The notes under the pieces: generated by a model | Database searches by the model: none | What the model saw: only the letters and a program-made list of their open reading frames with translations | What the model was told of the DNA's origin: nothing | Assembly (NCBI GenBank): GCA_965242525.1 | Contig: OZ251459.1 | Span: 352,001-416,000, forward strand | DNA: 64,000 bases | Origin: an uncultured Candidatus Binatia bacterium | GTDB lineage: Bacteria; Desulfobacterota; Binatia; UBA9968; JAJDTQ01 | Reading direction: 5' to 3' | Position numbers and translations under genes: made by a program | In this document: positions 1 to 9,699 of the stretch, piece by piece | Layout of the letters: each line of letters opens with the position of its first letter | Position numbering within the stretch: position 1 is the stretch's first letter

Positions 1-1275
1 ATGCTCAGGCGGACCACCGGCGTGGGCCAGGACCCGGACGCCTCCTTCCACTCCAGGGGGTGGCTGCGCTTCCTGCGACAGCAGTTCTACCGTGTCCGCG
101 TGGCGTCCGTTCCAGGTGTGCTGACCGAATGGGGCGCCGGTCTGCGGGGGCGGTTCCCCTCGGTTCCCTCTTCGGCGTCCGGCCTTTCGGGGCCGGAGTT
201 GTCGCTTTACCTGCTGTCGTTGCTGCTGGCGGCGGTCGCCTCCGCGGTGGCGGTTCGGCTTGCAAGGTCGCTGTTGTCCCGGCGGCAATGCATGCTGCCG
301 GCCGTCCTTGCCCTGTCGGGGTTCTGCTGGGCCCTGCCCATGCGCCACAACGTTGCCGACCACCTTCACGAGGCCCTGTACTACGTGGGCGTGCCGCTGG
401 TGTCGTACTCACTGTTCCTGCTGTACGTCCACCAGCGCTGGGGGCGTGGTCCGGTGGTCGGCCTTGCGGTTGCGGCGCTGCTCGCCTTCGTGCTCTCCGC
501 CTTCCAGATGGAACGACGATGGCGCCCCGACGCCCGGGCGGCAGAGGTCCAGCGAACCGCCATGGCCGAACTCGGGGTCATCCGCGAGACCACCCGGGGA
601 AAGGTGGTCCTGGTCCCCGGTTCCGTCGAGCCGGAATGGTCCGGGCAGTTCACACAGCGGAACTACGGATCGGACTACGAATGGAGGTACTACCTCGCCG
701 GAAGCGTCCTGACGCAATTCCCCGACCTCACGCGTTTACCTCACCTGTACCCCGCCGACCCCCGGGACCCCGCCGGAAACGTCCTGGCGCAATCCCTCGA
801 CGTGGAAGCGGCCGCCCGCGCCGCGGACTTCATCGTCACCCGCGACCGCGTGGAGAGCGACGCCCTGCTCACACCCGGGAACCAACGGGTGTTCCTGTAC
901 GGTTCCGCGGGCATCGACGACCTGGTGGAGTTGTACCGGGCCACGTACCAACGAGCGGTGTCCGGAGAACCTGCGGCGCGCTCCCGGTTCGACGTCTATC
1001 TCGGTGACCGCGCGCTGTTCCACGTCAAGGATCCCTGTGTCGTGGAGGACGCAGGTCACTGGATCGTCGTGGAGGTGTATCCGGAAGACCCGAAGGACCT
1101 GCCCGAAGAGTACGAACGGTACGGCGACAACCGCGACTTCCGGCTCTATGGGCACCCCGTGCTGTTCGAGGGGAAGTGTATTGCGGTGGTTTCACTCCCC
1201 GATCATCCCATCTCCCGCATCACGACGGGACAACTGCAACACGGCTGGGAAGTGGAGATACCGGCGAGCCGGTAG
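1..1275 (+). CDS. Multi-pass membrane protein (GT-C-like?) with C-terminal soluble domain; 5'-truncated by the window edge; paralog 1 of 3
   Basis: Near-identical at DNA level to the 3' parts of 15877-18051 and 19377-21596. Hydrophobic helices are followed by the ARSRFDVYL..VKDPC..FEGKC..LPD..TGQ..W domain. Confidence 0.75.
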   Translation: MLRRTTGVGQDPDASFHSRGWLRFLRQQFYRVRVASVPGVLTEWGAGLRGRFPSVPSSASGLSGPELSLYLLSLLLAAVASAVAVRLARSLLSRRQCMLPAVLALSGFCWALPMRHNVADHLHEALYYVGVPLVSYSLFLLYVHQRWGRGPVVGLAVAALLAFVLSAFQMERRWRPDARAAEVQRTAMAELGVIRETTRGKVVLVPGSVEPEWSGQFTQRNYGSDYEWRYYLAGSVLTQFPDLTRLPHLYPADPRDPAGNVLAQSLDVEAAARAADFIVTRDRVESDALLTPGNQRVFLYGSAGIDDLVELYRATYQRAVSGEPAARSRFDVYLGDRALFHVKDPCVVEDAGHWIVVEVYPEDPKDLPEEYERYGDNRDFRLYGHPVLFEGKCIAVVSLPDHPISRITTGQLQHGWEVEIPASR

Positions 1276-1441
1276 TCTCCGCCGGACGCGGCCGTGGACT
1301 CTCCACGGACCGGCTGCCGGGCTGGAAGGAAGCCGCCGGTCCCGGTCTTCCTCGCGCCGTTCCGCGGATGGACAACGCGCAGGGTATCCGTTACCATGAG
1401 CCTCGTCTCACCGTCCGGAAACCGTCTGGGAGAACCGCCTC

Positions 1442-2239
1442 GTGAAGACCATCGGCATCGTCGGCTGCGGCGCCATCGGCAGGGGCTTGTTGCAAGCCGT
1501 GGATGCGGGAGCGGTGGCGGCCAGGGCATGCGTCACCAGTCGCACGGAAGGCCCGTGCCGGGCGTTCCTGGAGACCTTGGGCGCGCCGGCGCCGTTCCTG
1601 GCCCGGGAGGAGCTCATCGCCCGGTCCGACGTGGTGGTGGAGGCCGCGGGGGGCGCCGTGGTTCCGGAGCTTGCCCGGGATGTGTTCGACGCCGGCAAGG
1701 ACCTCATGGTCATCAGCGTGGGCGCGCTGCTGGACCACCCGGAGGTCATGGACAGGGCCCGGGAGACCGGGCGCCGGCTGCTCCTGCCTTCCGGCGCCAT
1801 CGCGGGACTCGACGGCGTCAAGTCGGCGTGCGCCGGGCGCGTGGACCACGTGACCATCACCACCCGGAAGCCGCCCCACGGACTGGAGGGCGCGCCGTAC
1901 CTGGTGCGGCGCGGCGTCTCCCTGGCGGGGCTGACGGAGCCCCGCCAGGTCTTTGCGGGGACCGCCCGGGAGGCGTGCCGGGCCTTTCCGGCCAACGTCA
2001 ACGTGTCCGCGGCGGTGAGCCTGGCGGGCCTGGGGCCGGACGCCACGCGCATCCGCATCCTGGCGGTGCCCGGGCTGGAGCGGAACTGCCACGACGTGGA
2101 GGTGGAGGGCGAGTTCGGGCGCCTCGCCATGCACATCGAGAACGTCCCCACCGAGAACCCGCGCACCGGCCGCCTCACGGTCCTGTCCATGGTGCGTTCC
2201 CTCCAGGATGCGCTGGACCCCGTGCGGGTGGGGACCTGA
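1442..2239 (+). CDS. nadX: L-aspartate dehydrogenase
   Basis: GTG start; GIVGCGAIG Rossmann motif; SGAIAGLD, TTRKPP, FPANVNV and ENVPTENPRTG are NadX motifs. Confidence 0.85.
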   Translation: MKTIGIVGCGAIGRGLLQAVDAGAVAARACVTSRTEGPCRAFLETLGAPAPFLAREELIARSDVVVEAAGGAVVPELARDVFDAGKDLMVISVGALLDHPEVMDRARETGRRLLLPSGAIAGLDGVKSACAGRVDHVTITTRKPPHGLEGAPYLVRRGVSLAGLTEPRQVFAGTAREACRAFPANVNVSAAVSLAGLGPDATRIRILAVPGLERNCHDVEVEGEFGRLAMHIENVPTENPRTGRLTVLSMVRSLQDALDPVRVGT

Positions 2240-2269
2240 CGAGCGGGTGAGGGCTTCGCGGGTTTCCCC

Positions 2270-3865
2270 ATGACCAACGTCGAGGCCGTGGTCCGGGTGC
2301 TGCAGCAGGCCGGGGTGCGCTGGGTCTTCGGCATTCCCAGCGGTCCGGTGCTGCCGTTGATCGACGCGCTGCGCCGCAGCCCCGTGGAGTTCGTGTTGAC
2401 GGCGAGCGAGACCTCCGCGGGGTTCATGGCGGCCACGGTGGGCCAGCTCACCGGGGTTCCGGGCGCGTGCGCCGCCACCCTGGGCCCCGGCGCCACCAAC
2501 CTCACCACCGGCGTGGGCTGCGCTTGGCTGGACTGCGCGCCGGTGGTGGCCGTCACCTGCAACGTGCCGACTCCCTGGCTCCGGCGCAGGGTCCAGATGC
2601 GCATCGACCACTGCGCGTTGTTCCGGCCGCTGACCAAGGCCACGTTCGCCCTGGGCTTTGCCGGCGCGCCGAAGACGGTGGCCGAAGCCTTGGCCCTTGC
2701 GACGGCCGAACCCCCCGGACCTGTGCACCTGGACCTGCCCGAGGACGTGGGAGGCGCGCCGTCGGACGGGGAGACGCCGCTGCCCGCCGCCGGCGCGCCG
2801 TTGCCGGACGTGGCGGACGACGCCCGGACCGCCCTGGCGGCCGCGCTGTCCCGGAGCCGGCGGCCGCTGGTGGTCACCGGCATGACCTTCGCGAGGCGGA
2901 GCCTGGCGGCGCCGCTGCTGCGCTTCGTTGAGGAGCACCGGCTCCCGTTCGTCTCCACCCTGCACGCCAAGGGCTGCCTGCCGGAGAGCCATCCCAACTG
3001 GGTCGGGGTCCTCGGGCGGGCCCGGCGCACCGACGTGCAGCGCATGGCGGACCGGGCCGACCTGATCCTTGCGGTGGGTTACGACCCCATCGAGATCAAC
3101 TACGAGGAATGGGTGGGGGAGACCCCGGTGTTCCACTTGAGCACCGCCGCGGCCGAGCTGGACCCGCGGGTCCGGTTCGTCTTCAACGGAGCCGGTGACA
3201 TGGACCGGGCGCTGCGGCAGTGGCGCGGCGTGCCCCCGGCGGCGAACGACTGGACCGCGGACGAATGGAGCGCCCACCGGAGCCGGCTGGAGCGGGAGCT
3301 CCGTCCCGAAGGAAGCGGGTTCGCCGCGCACCACGTGCTCGACGCCCTGCGCGCGGCCCTGCCTCCGGACGGCATCCTGGCCTACGACGTGGGCGCGCAT
3401 ACCCACCAGATCGCCACGCAATGGCGCACGGACGAGCCCCGGACCCTGCTCGCCACCAACGGCTGGTCGTCCATGGGGTTCGGCATGCCCGCGGCCTACG
3501 CCGCCAGGATGGTCCACCCGGGTCGGGCGGTGGCGGGGGTCGTGGGCGACGGCTGCTTCCAGATGACCGCGGGCGAGCTGGCCATGGCCCGGCGGCGCGG
3601 CCTTCCGGTCCCCATCGTCGTCCTCAACGACGGATGGCTGGGGTTGATGAAGGTGAAGCAGGAGCGCAAGGGCCTGCCGTTTTCGGGAGTCGATCTGGGC
3701 GCCCGGGTGGACTCCCCCGCGCATTACTTCGGCGTTCCCTGCCGGAGCGCCCGGGACCCGCAAGAGTTCGAAACGGCCATTCGCTGGGGCCTGGACCTGG
3801 GGGGCCCCAGCGTCATCGAGGCGTTCATCGACGTGGCCCCCTACTCCCGGACGGTGTTCGACTGA
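2270..3865 (+). CDS. Thiamine diphosphate-dependent enzyme (acetolactate synthase large-subunit-like)
   Basis: FGIPSG, ATLGPGATN, SSMGFGMP and the GDG-X-N ThDP-binding motif (GDGCFQM...VLND). Confidence 0.85.
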   Translation: MTNVEAVVRVLQQAGVRWVFGIPSGPVLPLIDALRRSPVEFVLTASETSAGFMAATVGQLTGVPGACAATLGPGATNLTTGVGCAWLDCAPVVAVTCNVPTPWLRRRVQMRIDHCALFRPLTKATFALGFAGAPKTVAEALALATAEPPGPVHLDLPEDVGGAPSDGETPLPAAGAPLPDVADDARTALAAALSRSRRPLVVTGMTFARRSLAAPLLRFVEEHRLPFVSTLHAKGCLPESHPNWVGVLGRARRTDVQRMADRADLILAVGYDPIEINYEEWVGETPVFHLSTAAAELDPRVRFVFNGAGDMDRALRQWRGVPPAANDWTADEWSAHRSRLERELRPEGSGFAAHHVLDALRAALPPDGILAYDVGAHTHQIATQWRTDEPRTLLATNGWSSMGFGMPAAYAARMVHPGRAVAGVVGDGCFQMTAGELAMARRRGLPVPIVVLNDGWLGLMKVKQERKGLPFSGVDLGARVDSPAHYFGVPCRSARDPQEFETAIRWGLDLGGPSVIEAFIDVAPYSRTVFD

Positions 3866-3961
3866 GACCGGCCCGCCCTGCCGCGGCCCGCCCCCCGGCA
3901 AGCGCCGCGGCCGGGGCCGCGGATGGCGCGCCGTCACGAATTGCGGTAGGGTGGGGCGGGT

Positions 3962-5149
3962 ATGCTGAGCCGCATCAAGAACGTCCTGATCCTCGCCACC
4001 TGCCAGATGCTGTTCGGGTCCACCCGCACTCTGGTCATCATGACCGCTCCGGTCATCGCCTACGGCATGGCCGAGAACAAGGCGCTGGCCACGCTGCCCG
4101 CGGCGCTGGTGATCGTCGGTACGGCCCTCGCCACCATGCCGGCTTCCATGCTCATGCGCGCCACCGGCCGCCGTCTCGGCTTCATCATCGGGGCGTGCAT
4201 CGGCGCAGGCTCCGGCGCACTGGCCGGCGCCGCCATCATCCGGGCGGACTTCGAACTCCTGTGCCTCGCCACGTTCGTCTACGGCTTCTTCGCCGCCTTC
4301 GGGCAGTACTACCGTTTCGCCGCGGCCGACACCGCCCCGCAGGAGTTCAAGAGCAAGGCCATCTCGCTGGTCCTGGCCGGGGGCGTCCTGGCGGCCTTCG
4401 TCGGCAAGAACTTGGCCATCGCCGGCCAGAACCTGATTCCCTCGGACGAGTTCTTCGGCTCCTACCTGTTCCTCATCGCCCTCGCCGGGTTGACGGTGGG
4501 CGTGCTCGTCTTCCTCGACATCCCCAACCTGACCCCCGGCGAGCGTTCCGCAGAGCAGCGTTCCCTGGCGAAGATCATGGCCCAACCGGTGTTCGTGGCG
4601 GCGACGCTGGCGGCCACCATGGGGCAGGGGACCATGAACCTGTTGATGACCGCGACCCCCATCGCCATGACCCAGGCGGGCCACCCGTTCGTCTCCACCG
4701 CTTCGGTGATCCAGTGGCACAGCGTGGGCATGTTCGCCCCGGGTTTCGTCACCGGTTCCCTCATCAAGCGCTTCGGCGAGGTGCGCATCATCCTGACGGG
4801 CGTCGGACTCCAGATCGCCTGTGTGGTGACCGCGCTCGTCGGGACCAGCGTGCTCGAATTCTGGCTCTCCATGCTGTTCCTGGGGGTCGGCTGGAACTTC
4901 GCTTTCACCGGGGGCACCTCGCTCCTGACGCTGGCATACAGTCCGGCCGAGCGCGCGAAGACCCAGGGCGCCATGAGCTTCCTCAACTACGGCTTCGTGG
5001 CGGTGGTGTCGCTGTCGTCGGGCGTGCTCCTGCACTACGTGGGCTGGAACGGGGTGAACCTCGGCAGCATCCCGTTGCTCGCGGTGGCCGGCGGCGCCAC
5101 CCTCTGGTTCGCGGCCTCCCGGAGCAAGGCCGCAGGGGCGCTGGCCTGA
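3962..5149 (+). CDS. MFS transporter
   Basis: About 12 hydrophobic helices; YRFAAAD, IQWH..GMFAP.F.TG and GVGWNF motifs. Confidence 0.85.
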   Translation: MLSRIKNVLILATCQMLFGSTRTLVIMTAPVIAYGMAENKALATLPAALVIVGTALATMPASMLMRATGRRLGFIIGACIGAGSGALAGAAIIRADFELLCLATFVYGFFAAFGQYYRFAAADTAPQEFKSKAISLVLAGGVLAAFVGKNLAIAGQNLIPSDEFFGSYLFLIALAGLTVGVLVFLDIPNLTPGERSAEQRSLAKIMAQPVFVAATLAATMGQGTMNLLMTATPIAMTQAGHPFVSTASVIQWHSVGMFAPGFVTGSLIKRFGEVRIILTGVGLQIACVVTALVGTSVLEFWLSMLFLGVGWNFAFTGGTSLLTLAYSPAERAKTQGAMSFLNYGFVAVVSLSSGVLLHYVGWNGVNLGSIPLLAVAGGATLWFAASRSKAAGALA

Positions 5150-5177
5150 CCGGCCCGGCGCCCCAGGGCCGCGCTCG

Positions 5178-5558
5178 TCACAACACCGCCACCACCTCCA
5201 CCTGGAACAGCACCTCGCCCCGGACCGGCGACTTGATGGCGTGGCGGGCCGGCCGGTCGTGCTCGTGGGGGAACATCCTGAGCCACGCCTTGTTGATGGA
5301 CCCCCGGTACTCTTCCTCTTTCATATAGACCGTCATCCGCACGATGTCGTCCGGGCTGCCGCCCGCGAGCTCCATGAACTTGCGGATGTTCTCGAACAGC
5401 ACCTCGGCCTGTGCGTCGGGGTCGCCGGGAAGCTCGCCGGTGGCGGCGTCCCGGCCCGAGATGGCGGAGGAATAGACCAGGTTGCCGACCTTCGCGCCCA
5501 TGGGAATGGGCGCGCCGTGGGCCAGACCCGGGACCTCGATGCTTTCGCGCTTTGCCAT
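5178..5558 (-). CDS. RidA/YjgF/UK114 family protein
   Basis: HGAPIP, SAISG, IN.AW..F and RPAR motifs; AAGGAG RBS before the ATG at 5558. Confidence 0.85.
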   Translation of the reverse strand: MAKRESIEVPGLAHGAPIPMGAKVGNLVYSSAISGRDAATGELPGDPDAQAEVLFENIRKFMELAGGSPDDIVRMTVYMKEEEYRGSINKAWLRMFPHEHDRPARHAIKSPVRGEVLFQVEVVAVL

Positions 5559-5586
5559 GTGGTTCTCCTTCCGTGCCTTGTTCACT

Positions 5587-6843
5587 TCAAGCGGGATCCG
5601 GAGCTGGCGGCCTGGCCGTCCGGACCGTGACGAGGAACAGGACCACCGCGATGAGGAGCACCGCCAGCGTGCTGAGTCCCAGCGACCGGTGGATGCCGAT
5701 GAAGGCTCCGAGCACCCCCACGGTGACCCCGCTGAAGCTCCTCAGTCCCTGGGCGGACATGTTGTACAACCCTATCAGGCGGCCCCGCAGGTCCACGGGC
5801 GCCTCCAACTGCACCAGCGTTTGCGCCATGGAGAGGAACGCGAGGTTGAGGACCCCGGCCGCGAACAGGGAGGCCAGGGCCAGCGGGTAGGAGGAAGCGG
5901 CGGCGAACGCGGCCATGGCGACGCACCACAGCACGGCGAGGACGATGGCCGAGGACGCGCGCGCCCGGAGCCAGCCGCCGAACTCCAGCAGGAGGCCTCC
6001 GGCCACCGCGCCGGCGCCGTTGGCCGTCAACAGCGCGGTGTAGCCGTAGCCCGTCTCGTCGGCGCCGAGAGCTAGGGCGAACCCGGGCATCTGGGCCTGG
6101 AAGGCGTTGCCCACGAAGAAGGCGTAGAAACCCGGAAGCAGGATCATGGACAGGAGCACCCGGTTGTGTGACGCGCCCCGGAGCGCCGACAGGGCGTCGG
6201 CCCAGCCTCCCCTCTTGCGCTCGCGTCCCGAGCCGTGTCCCGTGTAGCGGACCCGCTGGCACCAGACCGCCAGCGGCAGGTAGATGAGGGTGTTGAGGCA
6301 CAGGGCGAGGGTGGGCCTCAGCCACACCATGATGGCGCCTCCCACCGCGGGGCCGAGCAGGATCCCCAACTGCCGTCCCGTGGCCAGCAGCCGGATGCCG
6401 CTCTGGAGCGTGTCGGCGCCCACCACGTCGTAGATCATCAGTTGGCGGGCGGGGTTCCACAAGGCTCCGGCGAGTCCGTGCAGCACCAGCAGGACGGCCG
6501 AGTGCCACATCTCCAGGCGGCCGGTGTAGAACAGGACGGCCCAGGCGAGGCTCACCGCCATGAACAGCGCCTGCGACCACTGCATGACCCGCCGGCAATC
6601 GAAGCGGTCGGCCAGCGCGCCGAAATACCACGAGAACGCCAGGAAGGGCAGCCAGTGGCTGATGACCGCGAAGCCGTTGAGGACCTCGGACCGGAAGAGT
6701 TGGTAGATGACCCAGTAGCTGATGACGTGCTCGATGTTGTCGGCCATCATCGACAGCATGTTGCCGACGAAGAACCAACGGAAGTCCCGGTTGTGGAGCG
6801 CGGCGAACGCCGTGGGCGGCGGGGCGGTCGGGTGTGCGGGCAT
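5587..6843 (-). CDS. MFS transporter (MFS_3/H+ antiporter-like)
   Basis: FAALHNRDFR start, GALADRFD, PARQ and RGR motifs. The ORF-track N-terminal extension is repeat sequence. Confidence 0.85.
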   Translation of the reverse strand: MPAHPTAPPPTAFAALHNRDFRWFFVGNMLSMMADNIEHVISYWVIYQLFRSEVLNGFAVISHWLPFLAFSWYFGALADRFDCRRVMQWSQALFMAVSLAWAVLFYTGRLEMWHSAVLLVLHGLAGALWNPARQLMIYDVVGADTLQSGIRLLATGRQLGILLGPAVGGAIMVWLRPTLALCLNTLIYLPLAVWCQRVRYTGHGSGRERKRGGWADALSALRGASHNRVLLSMILLPGFYAFFVGNAFQAQMPGFALALGADETGYGYTALLTANGAGAVAGGLLLEFGGWLRARASSAIVLAVLWCVAMAAFAAASSYPLALASLFAAGVLNLAFLSMAQTLVQLEAPVDLRGRLIGLYNMSAQGLRSFSGVTVGVLGAFIGIHRSLGLSTLAVLLIAVVLFLVTVRTARPPAPDPA

Positions 6844-6854
6844 GGCGAAAACCC

Positions 6855-6940
6855 CCGTTCGTCCTGAGCGTAGCGAAGCGGAGTCGAAGGACGCGCTTTC
6901 CACGGGGAGAGGGAAATCGAGCCGGAACGGACATTCCCTA
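6855..6940. repeat. MITE/REP-like family copy (core CCGTTCGTCCTGAGCGTAGCGAAGCGGAGTCGAAGGACG)
   Basis: The core recurs at about 30997, 31119, 32479, 36410 (x3), 55926, 62705 and 63314; the extension resembles 55965-56030 and 63261-63312. Confidence 0.85.
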
Positions 6941-7031
6941 CTCGGCTCTTCCGGCTTTTGTGTGGATAAGGTAGGAGGGAAAGGGGAGCGAAAGGGAACA
7001 CGCCGTCATTGCTCCGCAGACGCCCACCCCT

Positions 7032-7140
7032 CGTCATTCCCGCGAAAGCGGGAATCCATACCCTGCGAGCAAACCCCATGGGTTCCCTGTATGGATTCCC
7101 GCCCCCGCTTTCGCGAGGACATGCTTTTGCGGGAATGACG
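7032..7140. repeat. Palindromic intergenic repeat (CGTCATTCCCGCGAAAGCGGGAATCCA ... GCGGGAATGACG)
   Basis: Inverted ends form a long hairpin; a half copy sits at about 30869-30893. Confidence 0.75.
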
Positions 7141-7341
7141 GGATGGGGAGTGTCGCAACCCACACGAATTCCGGAAGCGCCCCTTACTCTAATCAGGCAG
7201 GCCGCGGTTTGGCAACCGGCGGATGGACCGAGGGATAGCGCAGCCGATGGCGGCGGGAAGCCGCCTGGAGGAGTCGGAGGAGCCGAAAGAGCGAGGGCAG
7301 CCCTCGCAGGCTGCCCTCGCTCCCGGTCAACGGAACTCCGC

Positions 7342-7878
7342 CTACCTGTGTCCCCGGCGCATCTTCCCGCCGCCCAGGAGCCGGTTCAGCAGGCCGTCCG
7401 CCTTGGCCACCTGCTCGGGGGTCAGGACCGCTCGCACCGCAAGCGCCGTGCGGGTCCGTTCCTGCAGCCGGTCGCCCCGGATCTTCGAGAGCTCTTCGAC
7501 CTTGGCATCCACCTTCGCCCGGTCCACGGTGGGTTCCGATACGAGCTCCGCCAACTCGATGCGCGCTACCCGCGCCTTGGCGCGCAGACCGATGGCCTTC
7601 TTCCGCGCCTGCCGGAGGACTTCCTCAATGGCCGTCACCTGCTCGTCGGTCAACTCCAGCCTCCTGGCCATGCGCCGGATGCCTTCGCCGTGGCCGTGGC
7701 GTCCGCGCCTGCCGTGACGCCCGCGCCAACCCTCCCGCTCCTCGCCCCGCTCGGCGCGGGTCATGCGGGGGCCGTCCCCCCGACGCCCCTCTCCCTGCTG
7801 GCTCCAGGCGACGCCGCCGGCAAGGCCCGCCAGCAGCACGGGGGCCAGGATCAGCGCCGTTCGTTTACGATGGTTCAT
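7342..7878 (-). CDS. Spy/CpxP-like periplasmic protein
   Basis: Signal peptide, LELTDEQ and VLTPEQ (LTxxQ) motifs, Arg/Gly/His-rich linker. Confidence 0.75.
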   Translation of the reverse strand: MNHRKRTALILAPVLLAGLAGGVAWSQQGEGRRGDGPRMTRAERGEEREGWRGRHGRRGRHGHGEGIRRMARRLELTDEQVTAIEEVLRQARKKAIGLRAKARVARIELAELVSEPTVDRAKVDAKVEELSKIRGDRLQERTRTALAVRAVLTPEQVAKADGLLNRLLGGGKMRRGHR

Positions 7879-7995
7879 GGGTGGTTCTCCTTTCGGGTTC
7901 GTGGATGGCATCGCGCGATGTCGATGATTAGACGTTCCGGGGTTCCGTTGCGCCGTCCCGGGGGCCGGGTCCCGGGGACGCCCCCTCCGGCTCTT

Positions 7996-8451
7996 TCAGT
8001 TCCCGGCGTCCTGCGGAAGGGCCTCCAGTCGATCGACCATGCGCCCGCGCGCTTTCTTCCGCCGTTCGCGGAAGTGGTCGGTGAGTTCCTCCAGCTTCTG
8101 CGCCTGCTCCGGGTCGAGCTCCGGCTCGATCTTCCGGTGGAACTCCAGGATGATCCGGTCGGCTTCCTCCAGGGACCGGATGCGCGCCCGGTAGAGGTCC
8201 CGGCGGGCCTGGTTCAACAACGGCCCGACCCGGCCCATCTGCTGCTCGGAGAGGTCGAGCTTCCGTTGCAGCATTCGGACGTACCGCCCGCCGGAGCCGT
8301 GCTTCCCGTGGCCGCGGTGCTTCCCGTCGTGCCAGCCGCGCCAGGGCCGGCTCCACGAGTGCCCCATGGGGTGGAGGCTTCCGAGGAAGGCGCCGCCCAG
8401 GAGTCCCAGCAGGAACACGCCCACCACTGCGAGGAGAGCTTTTCGTTTCAT
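7996..8451 (-). CDS. Membrane-anchored Spy/CpxP-like protein
   Basis: Begins MKRKALL with one TM helix; His-rich linker; LDLSEQQ and LDPEQ motifs; ATGA overlap with the upstream gene. Confidence 0.65.
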   Translation of the reverse strand: MKRKALLAVVGVFLLGLLGGAFLGSLHPMGHSWSRPWRGWHDGKHRGHGKHGSGGRYVRMLQRKLDLSEQQMGRVGPLLNQARRDLYRARIRSLEEADRIILEFHRKIEPELDPEQAQKLEELTDHFRERRKKARGRMVDRLEALPQDAGN

Positions 8452-8900
8452 GGGTTCCGGTCTCCTACCCACGCCACCAGGACCGCATCCGGCTCGTCCG
8501 CCAGCGATGCTTCCCGTCCCGACGGGTTCTCCAGCAGGGCGACGGCGAGGAGGGCCGGGGTCCGGGTCTCCGTCGCCATGCCCTGCCACAAGCCGACGCC
8601 GCCCAGCAACGCCGCCACCAGCGCGAAGGCGGGAGCGAGCCGGCGGCTGAACAGCAGCAGGGCGTCGCTGAGGGATGCGCGCCGGTCCTCTTCTTCGCGG
8701 ATCCGGGCGGCGACCCCGGGCCACGCGGGCCGTCCGGGGGTCGGCTCCGGCGCCGCGGAAAAGAACCGCCGCCAGAGCCGTTCGTCTTCGAGCAGCCCGG
8801 AACAGTCCGCGCACGACCGGGAGTGTTCCCGGTGCGCGTCGGGGAGCGGCTCCGTCAGCCTTGCCGTCTCCAGCCGGCGTCTGAAATCGTCACAGGTCAC
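8448..8900 (-). CDS. Zinc-binding anti-sigma factor (ZAS-type)
   Basis: N-terminal MTC...HxxxCxxC (HSRSCADC) and a single TM helix; directly downstream of the ECF sigma. Confidence 0.75.
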   Translation of the reverse strand: MTCDDFRRRLETARLTEPLPDAHREHSRSCADCSGLLEDERLWRRFFSAAPEPTPGRPAWPGVAARIREEEDRRASLSDALLLFSRRLAPAFALVAALLGGVGLWQGMATETRTPALLAVALLENPSGREASLADEPDAVLVAWVGDRNP

Positions 8901-8903
8901 GAG

Positions 8904-9527
8904 TCACCTCCGAGTCCGCTCGGAAACGTAAGGGGCGAGCATCCGGCGCAGCCGCTCTCGTCCCCGGGCGTGCCGCGACTTGACCGTGCCCGGGGAGCAG
9001 TTCAGGATGCGGCCGACTTCCTCGTAGGAGCAGCCCTCCATGTCCTTCAGGGTGACGACCACGCGGAAGCGTTCGGGCAGACGGGCCACGGTCCGGGCCA
9101 CCACGCGGCTGACGGACTCCCGGCCGTCCGTGTGGTCCTCCCGCTCCGGAGGCTCCTCTCCCGACAGCATGCTCCGCAGGCCCAGGACCGCTTCTTCCCC
9201 GGGCTCGGCGTCCAGGGGGACTTGGCGCGACTGCTTCCTGAACTCGTCCCGGGCGCAGTTGATGGCGATGCGGGTGACCCAGGTCCCGAAGGCCGAGTCT
9301 TCCCGGAACTTGCCCAACGAGAAGAACGCCTTGACGAACGCCTCCTGGACCACGTCGTCCACGTCGCCGTGGTCCGGGCCCAGGAGCCTGCCCACGAGGC
9401 GATGCAACCGGGCCTGGTGCCGCTCCACCAGCAGGCGGTAGGCGTCCGAATCGCCGTCTCGCACCCGTCGCACCACATCCTTCTCCGTATCCCCCAGCGC
9501 CAGGGGATACGGCAGGGTTTCCGTCAT
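8904..9527 (-). CDS. ECF RNA polymerase sigma factor
   Basis: DVVQEAF, FGTWVTRIAIN (region 2); SYEEVGRILNCSPGTVKSR (region 4). Confidence 0.9.
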   Translation of the reverse strand: MTETLPYPLALGDTEKDVVRRVRDGDSDAYRLLVERHQARLHRLVGRLLGPDHGDVDDVVQEAFVKAFFSLGKFREDSAFGTWVTRIAINCARDEFRKQSRQVPLDAEPGEEAVLGLRSMLSGEEPPEREDHTDGRESVSRVVARTVARLPERFRVVVTLKDMEGCSYEEVGRILNCSPGTVKSRHARGRERLRRMLAPYVSERTRR

Positions 9528-9699
9528 CCTCAATGGGTCACCTCGATGGCGTGAACCGGCCTGCCCATTTGACGGTGCGGGGTTCCCGCGCCGTCCGCGG
9601 AAGGCGGGCGGAAAGTCCCGGGCGAGGCGCCGGGTCCGCCAGCCCGGCGCCTCGGAGCCGGCGCGGACCATGCCGCTTGGCGCGCGGAAGGGGATCCGG

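Noticed and set aside
1391-5035. Very long antisense or alternative-frame ORFs (1391-5035, 37268-40513, 26699-29293, 51641-54280, 57107-59464 and others)
   Set aside because: Shadow ORFs typical of high-GC DNA; they overlap genes with clear family motifs and have none of their own.
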